Shown here: in pieces, positions 49,801 to 61,800 of the stretch
Layout: each line of letters begins with the position of its first letter
Numbering within the stretch: position 1 is the first letter of the stretch
Source: Marsupella aquatica
Lineage: Eukaryota; Plantae; Marchantiophyta
DNA: 64,000 bases
Direction: 5' to 3'
Assembly: GCA_973895155.1 (NCBI GenBank)
Contig: OZ316893.1
Location: 28,364,850 to 28,428,849 of the forward strand
Program-made: the position numbers and the translations under genes
Notes under the pieces: model-generated
What the model was told of the DNA's origin: nothing
Databases searched by the model: none
The model's input: the letters and a program-made list of their open reading frames with translations, nothing else

Positions 49801-52800
49801 AACCCTAATTGAGCATTGGGGGTGTAACGAGCTGGGGGTGAGGGTGGGGGAGGGGTTCCATGGGGGTTGAGGGTGAGGGTGGCCCCCAGTTTTGGGGGTG
49901 CGTGCACATGGGGGCGTGTGCAACCCTACTGTAGCATTGGGGGTGTAACGAGCTGGGGGTGAGGGTGGGGGAGGGGTTCCATGGGGGTTGAGGGTGAGGG
50001 TGGCCCCCAGTTTTGGGGGTGCGTGCACATGGGGGCGTGTGCAACCCTAATTGAGCATTGGGGGTGTAACGAGCTGGGGGTGAGGGTGGGGGAGGGGTTC
50101 CATGGGGGTTGAGGGTGAGGGTGGCCCCCAGTTTTGGGGGTGCGTGCACATGGGGGCGTGTGCAACCCTAATTGAGCATTGGGGGTGTAACGAGCTGGGG
50201 GTGAGGGTGGGGGAGGGGTTCCATGGGGGTTGAGGGTGAGGGTGGCCCCCAGTTTTGGGGGTGCGTGCACATGGGGGTGTGCAACCCTACTGTAGCATTG
50301 GGGGTGTAACGAGCTGGGGGAGGGGTTCCATGGGGGTTGAGGGTGAGGGTGGCCCCCAGTTTTGGGGGTGCGTGCACATGGGGGCGTGTGCAACCCTACT
50401 GTAGCATTGGGGGTGTAACGAGCAGGGGGTGAGGGTGGGGGAGGGGTTCCATGGGGGTTGAGGGTGAGGGTGGCCCCCAGTTTTGGGGGTGCGTGCACAT
50501 GGGGGCGTGTGCAACCCTAATTGAGCATTGAGGGTGTAACGAGCTGGGGGTGAGGGTGGGGGAGGGGTTCCATGGGGGTTGAGGGTGAGGATGGCCCCCA
50601 GTTTTGGGGGTGCGTGCACATGGGGGCGTGTGCAACCCTACTGTAGCATTGGGGGTGTAACGAGCTGGGGGTGAGGGTGGGGGAGGGGTTCCATGGGGGT
50701 TGAGGGTGAGGGTGGCCCCCAGTTTTGGGGGTGCGTGCACATGGGGGCGTGTGCAACCCTAATTGAGCATTGGGGGTGTAACGAGCTGGGGGTGAGGGTG
50801 GGGGAGGGGTTCCATGGGGGTTGAGGGTGAGGGTGGCCCCCAGTTTTGGGGGTGCGTGCACATGGGGGCGTGTGCAACCCTACTGTAGCATTGGGGGTGT
50901 AACGAGCTGGGGGTGAGGGTGGGGGAGGGGTTCCATGGGGGTTGAGGGTGAGGGTGGCCCCCAGTTTTGGGGGTGCGTGCACATGGGGGCGTGTGCAACC
51001 CTACTGTAGCATTGGGGGTGTAACGAGCTGGGGGTGAGGGTGGGGGAGGGGTTCCATGGGGGTTGAGGGTGAGGGTGGCCCCCAGTTTTGGGGGTGCGTG
51101 CACATGGGGGCGTGTGCAACCCTACTGTAGCATTGGGGGTGTAACGAGCTGGGGGTGAGGGTGGGGGAGGGGTTCCATGGGGGTTGAGGGTGAGGGTGGC
51201 CCCCAGTTTTGGGGGTGCGTGCACATGGGGGCGTGTGCAACCCTAATTGAGCATTGGGGGTGTAACGAGCTGGGGGTGAGGGTGGGGGAGGGGTTCCATG
51301 GGGGTTGAGGGTGAGGGTGGCCCCCAGTTTTGGGGGTGCGTGCACATGGGGGCGTGTGCAACCCTACTGTAGCATTGGGGGTGTAACGAGCTGGGGGTGA
51401 GGGTGGGGGAGGGGTTCCATGGGGGTTGAGGGTGAGGGTGGCCCCCAGTTTTGGGGGTGCGTGCACATGGGGGCGTGTGCAACCCTAATTGAGCATTGGG
51501 GGTGTAACGAGCTGGGGGTGAGGGTGGGGGAGGGGTTCCATGGGGGTTGAGGGTGAGGGTGGCCCCCAGTTTTGGGGGTGCGTGCACATGGGGGCGTGTG
51601 CAACCCTACTGTAGCATTGGGGGTGTAACGAGCTGGGGGAGGGGTTCCATGGGGGTTGAGGGTGAGGGTGGCCCCCAGTTTTGGGGGTGCGTGCACATGG
51701 GGGCGTGTGCAACCCTACTGTAGCATTGGGGGTGTAACGAGCAGGGGGTGAGGGTGGGGGAGGGGTTCCATGGGGGTTGAGGGTGAGGGTGGCCCCCAGT
51801 TTTGGGGGTGCGTGCACATGGGGGCGTGTGCAACCCTAATTGAGCATTGGGGGTGTAACGAGCTGGGGGTGAGGGTGGGGGAGGGGTTCCATGGGGGTTG
51901 AGGGTGAGGATGGCCCCCAGTTTTGGGGGTGCGTGCACATGGGGGCCTGTGCAACCCTACTGTAGCATTGGGGGTGTAACGAGCTGGGGGTGAGGGTGGG
52001 GGAGGGGTTCCATGGGGGTTGAGGGTGAGGGTGGCCCCCAGTTTTGGGGGTGCGTGCACATGGGGGCGTGTGCAACCCTAATTGAGCATTGGGGGTGTAA
52101 CGAGCTGGGGGTGAGGGTGGGGGAGGGGTTCCATGGGGGTTGAGGGTGAGGGTGGCCCCCAGTTTTGGGGGTGCGTGCACATGGGGGCGTGTGCAACCCT
52201 AATTGAGCATTGGGGGTGTAACGAGCTGGGGGTGAGGGTGGGGGAGGGGTTCCATGGGGGTTGAGGGTGAGGGTGGCCCCCAGTTTTGGGGGTGCGTGCA
52301 CATGGGGGCCTGTGCAACCCTACTGTAGCATGGGGGTTGAGGGTGAGGGTGGCCCCCAGTTTTGGGGGTGCGTGCACATGGGGGCGTGTGCAACCCTAAT
52401 TGAGCATTGGGGGTGTAACGAGCTGGGGGTGAGGGTGGGGGAGGGGTTCCATGGGGGTTGAGGGTGAGGGTGGCCCCCAGTTTTGGGGGTGCGTGCACAT
52501 GGGGGCCTGTGCAACCCTACTGTAGCATTGGGGGTGTAACGAACTGGGGGTGAGGGTGGGGGAGGGGTTCCATGGGGGTTGAGGGTGAGGGTGGCCCCCA
52601 GTTTTGGGGGTGCGTGCACATGGGGGCGTGTGCAACCCTAATTGAGCATTGGGGGTGTAACGAGCTGGGGGTGAGGGTGGGGGAGGGGTTCCATGGGGGT
52701 TGAGGGTGAGGGTGGCCCCCAGTTTTGGGGGTGCGTGCACATGGGGGCGTGTGCAAACCCTAATTGAGCATTGGGGGTGTAACGAGCTGGGGGTGAGGGT

Positions 52801-55800
52801 GGGGGAGGGGTTCCATGGGGGTTGAGGGTGAGGGTGGCCCCCAGTTTTGGGGGTGCGTGCACATGGGGGCGTGTGCAACCCTACTGTAGCATTGGGGGTG
52901 TAACGAGCTGGGGGTGAGGGTGGGGGAGGGGTTCCATGGGGGTTGAGGGTGAGGGTGGCCCCCAGTTTTGGGGGTGCGTGCACATGGGGGCGTGTGCAAC
53001 CCTAATTGAGCATTGGGGGTGTAACGAGCTGGGGGTGAGGGTGGGGGAGGGGTTCCATGGGGGTTGAGGGTGAGGGTGGCCCCCAGTTTTGGGGGTGCGT
53101 GCACATGGGGGCGTGTGCAACCCTACTGTAGCATTGGGGGTGTAACGAGCTGGGGGTGAGGGTGGGGGAGGGGTTCCATGGGGGTTGAGGGTGAGGGTGG
53201 CCCCCAGTTTTGGGGGTGCGTGCACATGGGGGCGTGTGCAACCCTACTGTAGCATTGGGGGTGTAACGAGCTGGGGGTGAGGGTGGGGGAGGGGTTCCAT
53301 GGGGGTTGAGGGTGAGGGTGGCCCCCAGTTTTGGGGGTGCGTGCACATGGGGGCGTGTGCAACCCTAATTGAGCATTGGGGGTGTAACGAGCTGGGGGTG
53401 AGGGTGGGGGAGGGGTTCCATGGGGGTTGAGGGTGAGGGTGGCCCCCAGTTTTGGGGGTGCGTGCACATGGGGGCGTGTGCAACCCTACTGTAGCATTGG
53501 GGGTGTAACGAGCTGGGGGTGAGGGTGGGGGAGGGGTTCCATGGGGGTTGAGGGTGAGGGTGGCCCCCAGTTTTGGGGGTGCGTGCACATGGGGGCGTGT
53601 GCAACCCTAATTGAGCATTGGGGGTGTAACGAGCTGGGGGTGAGGGTGGGGGAGGGGTTCCATGGGGGTTGAGGGTGAGGGTGGCCCCCAGTTTTGGGGG
53701 TGCGTGCACATGGGGCGTGTGCAACCCTAATTGAGCATTGGGGGTGTAACGAGCTGGGGGTGAGGGTGGGGGAGGGGTTCCATGGGGGTTGAGGGTGAGG
53801 GTGGCCCCCAGTTTTGGGGGTGCGTGCACATGGGGGCGTGTGCAACCCTAATTGAGCATTGGGGGTGTAACGAGCTGGGGGTGAGGGTGGGGGAGGGGTT
53901 CCATGGGGGTTGAGGGTGAGGGTGGCCCCCAGTTTTGGGGGTGCGTGCACATGGGGGCGTGTGCAACCCTACTGTAGCATTGGGGGTGTAACGAGCTGGG
54001 GGAGGGGTTCCATGGGGGTTGAGGGTGAGGGTGGCCCCCAGTTTTGGGGGTGCGTGCACATGGGGGCGTGTGCAACCCTACTGTAGCATTGGGGGTGTAA
54101 CGAGCAGGGGGTGAGGGTGGGGGAGGGGTTCCATGGGGGTTGAGGGTGAGGGTGGCCCCCAGTTTTGGGGGTGCGTGCACATGGGGGCGTGTGCAACCCT
54201 AATTGAATTGGGGGTGTAACGAGCTGGGGGTGAGGGTGGGGGAGGGGTTCCATGGGGGTTGAGGGTGAGGATGGCCCCCAGTTTTGGGGGTGCGTGCACA
54301 TGGGGGCCTGTGCAACCCTACTGTAGCATTGGGGGTGTAACGAGCTGGGGGTGAGGGTGGGGGAGGGGTTCCATGGGGGTTGAGGGTGAGGGTGGCCCCC
54401 AGTTTTGGGGGTGCGTGCACATGGGGGCGTGTGCAACCCTAATTGAGCATTGGGGGTGTAACGAGCTGGGGGTGAGGGTGGGGGAGGGGTTCCATGGGGG
54501 TTGAGGGTGAGGGTGGCCCCCAGTTTTGGGGGTGCGTGCACATGGGGGCGTGTGCAACCCTACTGTAGCATTGGGGGTGTAACGAGCAGGGGGTGAGGGT
54601 GGGGGAGGGGTTCCATGGGGGTTGAGGGTGAGGGTGGCCCCCAGTTTTGGGGGTGCGTGCACATGGGGGCGTGTGCAACCCTAATTGAGCATTGGGGGTG
54701 TAACGAGCTGGGGGTGAGGGTGGGGGAGGGGTTCCATGGGGGTTGAGGGTGAGGATGGCCCCCAGTTTTGGGGGTGCGTGCACATGGGGGCCTGTGCAAC
54801 CCTACTGTAGCATTGGGGGTGTAACGAGCTGGGGGTGAGGGTGGGGGGAGGGGTTCCATGGGGGTTGAGGGTGAGGGTGGCCCCCAGTTTTGGGGGTGCG
54901 TGCACATGGGGGCGTGTGCAACCCTACTGTAGCATTGGGGGTGTAACGAGCAGGGGGTGAGGGTGGGGGAGGGGTTCCATGGGGGTTGAGGGTGAGGGTG
55001 GCCCCCAGTTTTGGGGGTGCGTGCACATGGGGGCGTGTGCAACCCTAATTGAGCATTGGGGGTGTAACGAGCTGGGGGTGAGGGTGGGGGAGGGGTTCCA
55101 TGGGGGTTGAGGGTGAGGGTGGCCCCCAGTTTTGGGGGTGCGTGCACATGGGGGCGTGTGCAACCCTAATTGAGCATTGGGGGTGTAACGAGCTGGGGGT
55201 GAGGGTGGGGGAGGGGTTCCATGGGGGTTGAGGGTGAGGGTGGCCCCCAGTTTTGGGGGTGCGTGCACATGGGGGCGTGTGCAACCCTAATTGAGCATTG
55301 GGGGTGTAACGAGCTGGGGGTGAGGGTGGGGGAGGGGTTCCATGGGGGTTGAGGGTGAGGGTGGCCCCCAGTTTTGGGGGTGCGTGCACATGGGGGCGTG
55401 TGCAACCCTACTGTAGCATTGGGGGTGTAACGAGCTGGGGGTGAGGGTGGGGGAGGGGTTCCATGGGGGTTGAGGGTGAGGGTGGCCCCCAGTTTTGGGG
55501 GTGCGTGCACATGGGGGCGTGTGCAACCCTAATTGAGCATTGGGGGTGTAACGAGCTGGGGGTGAGGGTGGGGGAGGGGTTCCATGGGGGTTGAGGGTGA
55601 GGGTGGCCCCCAGTTTTGGGGGTGCGTGCACATGGGGGCGTGTGCAACCCTACTGTAGCATTGGGGGTGTAACGAGCTGGGGGTGAGGGTGGGGGAGGGG
55701 TTCCATGGGGGTTGAGGGTGAGGGTGGCCCCCAGTTTTGGGGGTGCGTGCACATGGGGGCGTGTGCAACCCTACTGTAGCATTGGGGGTGTAACGAGCAG

Positions 55801-58800
55801 GGGGTGAGGGTGGGGGAGGGGTTCCATGGGGGTTGAGGGTGAGGGTGGCCCCCAGTTTTGGGGGTGCGTGCACATGGGGGCGTGTGCAACCCTAATTGAG
55901 CATTGGGGGTGTAACGAGCTGGGGGTGAGGGTGGGGGAGGGGTTCCATGGGGGTTGAGGGTGAGGGTGGCCCCCAGTTTTGGGGGTGCGTGCACATGGGG
56001 GCGTGTGCAACCCTAATTGAGCATTGGGGGTGTAACGAGCTGGGGGTGAGGGTGGGGGAGGGGTTCCATGGGGGTTGAGGGTGAGGGTGGCCCCCAGTTT
56101 TGGGGGTGCGTGCACATGGGGGCGTGTGCAACCCTAATTGAGCATTGGGGGTGTAACGAGCTGGGGGTGAGGGTGGGGGAGGGGTTCCATGGGGGTTGAG
56201 GGTGAGGGTGGCCCCCAGTTTTGGGGGTGCGTGCACATGGGGGCGTGTGCAACCCTACTGTAGCATTGGGGGTGTAACGAGCTGGGGGTGAGGGTGGGGG
56301 AGGGGTTCCATGGGGGTTGAGGGTGAGGGTGGCCCCCAGTTTTGGGGGTGCGTGCACATGGGGGCGTGTGCAACCCTAATTGAGCATTGGGGGTGTAACG
56401 AGCTGGGGGTGAGGGTGGGGGAGGGGTTCCATGGGGGTTGAGGGTGAGGGTGGCCCCCAGTTTTGGGGGTGCGTGCACATGGGGGCGTGTGCAACCCTAC
56501 TGTAGCATTGGGGGTGTAACGAGCTGGGGGTGAGGGTGGGGGAGGGGTTCCATGGGGGTTGAGGGTGAGGGTGGCCCCCAGTTTTGGGGGTGCGTGCACA
56601 TGGGGGCGTGTGCAACCCTACTGTAGCATTGGGGGTGTAACGAGCTGGGGGTGAGGGTGGGGGAGGGGTTCCATGGGGGTTGAGGGTGAGGGTGGCCCCC
56701 AGTTTTGGGGGTGCGTGCACATGGGGGCGTGTGCAACCCTAATTGAGCATTGGGGGTGTAACGAGCTGGGGGTGAGGGTGGGGGAGGGGTTCCATGGGGG
56801 TTGAGGGTGAGGGTGGCCCCCAGTTTTGGGGGTGCGTGCACATGGGGGCGTGTGCAACCCTACTGTAGCATTGGGGGTGTAACGAGCTGGGGGTGAGGGT
56901 GGGGGAGGGGTTCCATGGGGGTTGAGGGTGAGGGTGGCCCCCAGTTTTGGGGGTGCGTGCACATGGGGGCGTGTGCAACCCTAATTGAGCATTGGGGGTG
57001 TAACGAGCTGGGGGTGAGGGTGGGGGAGGGGTTCAATGGGGGTTGAGGGTGAGGGTGGCCCCCAGTTTTGGGGGTGCGTGCACATGGGGGCGTGTGCAAC
57101 CCTAATTGAGCATTGGGGGTGTAACGAGCTGGGGGTGAGGGTGGGGGAGGGGTTCCATGGGGGTTGAGGGTGAGGGTGGCCCCCAGTTTTGGGGGTGCGT
57201 GCACATGGGGGCGTGTGCAACCCTAATTGAGCATTGGGGGTGTAACGAGCTGGGGGTGAGGGTGGGGGAGGGGTTCAATGGGGGTTGAGGGTGAGGGTGG
57301 CCCCCAGTTTTGGGGGTGCGTGCACATGGGGGCGTGTGCAACCCTACTGTAGCATTGGGGGTGTAACGAGCTGGGGGAGGGGTTCCATGGGGGTTGAGGG
57401 TGAGGGTGGCCCCCAGTTTTGGGGGTGCGTGCACATGGGGGCGTGTGCAACCCTACTGTAGCATTGGGGGTGTAACGAGCAGGGGGTGAGGGTGGGGGAG
57501 GGGTTCCATGGGGGTTGAGGGTGAGGGTGGCCCCCAGTTTTGGGGGTGCGTGCACATGGGGGCGTGTGCAACCCTAATTGAGCATTGGGGGTGTAACGAG
57601 CTGGGGGTGAGGGTGGGGGAGGGGTTCCATGGGGGTTGAGGGTGAGGATGGCCCCCAGTTTTGGGGGTGCGTGCACATGGGGGCGTGTGCAACCCTACTG
57701 TAGCATTGGGGGTGTAACGAGCTGGGGGTGAGGGTGGGGGAGGGGTTCCATGGGGGTTGAGGGTGAGGGTGGCCCCCAGTTTTGGGGGTGCGTGCACATG
57801 GGGGCGTGTGCAACCCTAATTGAGCATTGGGGGTGTAACGAGCTGGGGGTGAGGGTGGGGGAGGGGTTCCATGGGGGTTGAGGGTGAGGGTGGCCCCCAG
57901 TTTTGGGGGTGCGTGCACATGGGGGCGTGTGCAACCCTAATTGAGCATTGGGGGTGTAACGAGCTGGGGGTGAGGGTGGGGGAGGGGTTCCATGGGGGTT
58001 GAGGGTGAGGGTGGCCCCCAGTTTTGGGGGTGCGTGCACATGGGGGCGTGTGCAACCCTACTGTAGCATTGGGGGTGTAACGAGCAGGGGGTGAGGGTGG
58101 GGGAGGGGTTCCATGGGGGTTGAGGGTGAGGGTGGCCCCCAGTTTTGGGGGTGCGTGCACATGGGGGCGTGTGCAACCCTAATTGAGCATTGGGGGTGTA
58201 ACGAGCTGGGGGTGAGGGTGGGGGAGGGGTTCCATGGGGGTTGAGGGTGAGGATGGCCCCCAGTTTTGGGGGTGCGTGCACATGGGGGCCTGTGCAACCC
58301 TACTGTAGCATTGGGGGTGTAACGAGCTGGGGGTGAGGGTGGGGGAGGGGTTCCATGGGGGTTGAGGGTGAGGGTGGCCCCCAGTTTTGGGGGTGCGTGC
58401 ACATGGGGGCGTGTGCAACCCTAATTGAGCATTGGGGGTGTAACGAGCTGGGGGTGAGGGTGGGGGAGGGGTTCCATGGGGGTTGAGGGTGAGGGTGGCC
58501 CCCAGTTTTGGGGGTGCGTGCACATGGGGGCGTGTGCAACCCTAATTGAGCATTGGGGGTGTAACGAGCTGGGGGTGAGGGTGGGGGAGGGGTTCCATGG
58601 GGGTTGAGGGTGAGGGTGGCCCCCAGTTTTGGGGGTGCGTGCACATGGGGGCGTGTGCAACCCTACTGTAGCATTGGGGGTGTAACGAGCTGGGGGTGAG
58701 GGTGGGGGAGGGGTTCCATGGGGGTTGAGGGTGAGGGTGGCCCCCAGTTTTGGGGGTGCGTGCACATGGGGGCGTGTGCAACCCTAATTGAGCATTGGGG

Positions 58801-61800
58801 GTGTAACGAGCTGGGGGTGAGGGTGGGGGAGGGGTTCCATGGGGGTTGAGGGTGAGGGTGGCCCCCAGTTTTGGGGGTGCGTGCACATGGGGGCGTGTGC
58901 AACCCTACTGTAGCATTGGGGGTGTAACGAGCTGGGGTGAGGGTGGGGGAGGGGTTCCATGGGGGTTGAGGGTGAGGGTGGCCCCCAGTTTTGGGGGTGC
59001 GTGCACATGGGGGCGTGTGCAACCCTACTGTAGCATTGGGGGTGTAACGAGCAGGGGGTGAGGGTGGGGGAGGGGTTCCATGGGGGTTGAGGGTGAGGGT
59101 GGCCCCCAGTTTTGGGGGTGCGTGCACATGGGGGCGTGTGCAACCCTAATTGAGCATTGGGGGTGTAACGAGCTGGGGGTGAGGGTGGGGGAGGGGTTCC
59201 ATGGGGGTTGAGGGTGAGGATGGCCCCCAGTTTTGGGGGTGCGTGCACATGGGGGCCTGTGCAACCCTACTGTAGCATTGGGGGTGTAACGAGCTGGGGG
59301 TGAGGGTGGGGAGGGGTTCCATGGGGGTTGAGGGTGAGGGTGGCCCCCAGTTTTGGGGGTGCGTGCACATGGGGGCGTGTGCAACCCTAATTGAGCATTG
59401 GGGGTGTAACGAGCTGGGGGTGAGGGTGGGGGAGGGGTTCCATGGGGGTTGAGGGTGAGGGTGGCCCCCAGTTTTGGGGGTGCGTGCACATGGGGGCGTG
59501 TGCAACCCTAATTGAGCATTGGGGGTGTAACGAGCTGGGGGTGAGGGTGGGGGAGGGGTTCCATGGGGGTTGAGGGTGAGGGTGGCCCCCAGTTTTGGGG
59601 GTGCGTGCACATGGGGGCGTGTGCAACCCTACTGTAGCATTGGGGGTGTAACGAGCTGGGGGTGAGGGTGGGGGAGGGGTTCCATGGGGGTTGAGGGTGA
59701 GGGTGGCCCCCAGTTTTGGGGGTGCGTGCACATGGGGGCGTGTGCAACCCTAATTGAGCATTGGGGGTGTAACGAGCTGGGGGTGAGGGTGGGGGAGGGG
59801 TTCCATGGGGGTTGAGGGTGAGGGTGGCCCCCAGTTTTGGGGGTGCGTGCACATGGGGGCGTGTGCAACCCTACTGTAGCATTGGGGGTGTAACGAGCTG
59901 GGGGTGAGGGTGGGGGAGGGGTTCCATGGGGGTTGAGGGTGAGGGTGGCCCCCAGTTTTGGGGGTGCGTGCACATGGGGGCGTGTGCAACCCTACTGTAG
60001 CATTGGGGGTGTAACGAGCTGGGGGTGAGGGTGGGGGAGGGGTTCCATGGGGGTTGAGGGTGAGGGTGGCCCCCAGTTGTGGGGGTGCGTGCACATGGGG
60101 GCGTGTGCAACCCTAATTGAGCATTGGGGGTGTAACGAGCTGGGGGTGAGGGTGGGGGAGGGGTTCCATGGGGGTTGAGGGTGAGGGTGGCCCCCAGTTT
60201 TGGGGGTGCGTGCACATGGGGGCGTGTGCAACCCTACTGTAGCATTGGGGGTGTAACGAGCTGGGGGTGAGGGTGGGGGAGGGGTTCCATGGGGGTTGAG
60301 GGTGAGGGTGGCCCCCAGTTTTGGGGGTGCGTGCACATGGGGGCGTGTGCAACCCTAATTGAGCATTGGGGGTGTAACGAGCTGGGGGTGAGGGTGGGGG
60401 AGGGGTTCAATGGGGGTTGAGGGTGAGGGTGGCCCCCAGTTTTGGGGGTGCGTGCACATGGGGGCGTGTGCAACCCTAATTGAGCATTGGGGGTGTAACG
60501 AGCTGGGGGTGAGGGTGGGGGAGGGGTTCCATGGGGGTTGAGGGTGAGGGTGGCCCCCAGTTTTGGGGGTGCGTGCACATGGGGGCGTGTGCAACCCTAA
60601 TTGAGCATTGGGGGTGTAACGAGCTGGGGGTGAGGGTGGGGGAGGGGTTCCATGGGGGTTGAGGGTGAGGGTGGCCCCCAGTTTTGGGGGTGCGTGCACA
60701 TGGGGGCGTGTGCAACCCTACTGTAGCATTGGGGGTGTAACGAGCTGGGGGAGGGGTTCCATGGGGGTTGAGGGTGAGGGTGGCCCCCAGTTTTGGGGGT
60801 GCGTGCACATGGGGGCGTGTGCAACCCTACTGTAGCATTGGGGGTGTAACGAGCAGGGGGTGAGGGTGGGGGAGGGGTTCCATGGGGGTTGAGGGTGAGG
60901 GTGGCCCCCAGTTTTGGGGGTGCGTGCACATGGGGGCGTGTGCAACCCTAATTGAGCATTGAGGGTGTAACGAGCTGGGGGTGAGGGTGGGGGAGGGGTT
61001 CCATGGGGGTTGAGGGTGAGGATGGCCCCCAGTTTTGGGGGTGCGTGCACATGGGGGCCTGTGCAACCCTACTGTAGCATTGGGGGTGTAACGAGCTGGG
61101 GGTGAGGGTGGGGGAGGGGTTCCATGGGGGTTGAGGGTGAGGGTGGCCCCCAGTTTTGGGGGTGCGTGCACATGGGGGCGTGTGCAACCCTAATTGAGCA
61201 TTGGGGGTGTAACGAGCTGGGGGTGAGGGTGGGGGAGGGGTTCCATGGGGGTTGAGGGTGAGGGTGGCCCCCAGTTTTGGGGGTGCGTGCACATGGGGGC
61301 GTGTGCAACCCTAATTGAGCATTGGGGGTGTAACGAGCTGGGGGTGAGGGTGGGGGAGGGGTTCCATGGGGGTTGAGGGTGAGGGTGGCCCCCAGTTTTG
61401 GGGGTGCGTGCACATGGGGGCGTGTGCAACCCTACTGTAGCATTGGGGGTGTAACGAGCTGGGGGTGAGGGTGGGGGAGGGGTTCCATGGGGGTTGAGGG
61501 TGAGGGTGGCCCCCAGTTTTGGGGGTGCGTGCACATGGGGGCGTGTGCAACCCTAATTGAGCATTGGGGGTGTAACGAGCTGGGGGTGAGGGTGGGGGAG
61601 GGGTTCCATGGGGGTTGAGGGTGAGGGTGGCCCCCAGTTTTGGGGGTGCGTGCACATGGGGGCGTGTGCAACCCTACTGTAGCATTGGGGGTGTAACGAG
61701 CTGGGGGTGAGGGTGGGGGAGGGGTTCCATGGGGGTTGAGGGTGAGGGTGGCCCCCAGTTTTGGGGGTGCGTGCACATGGGGGCGTGTGCAACCCTACTG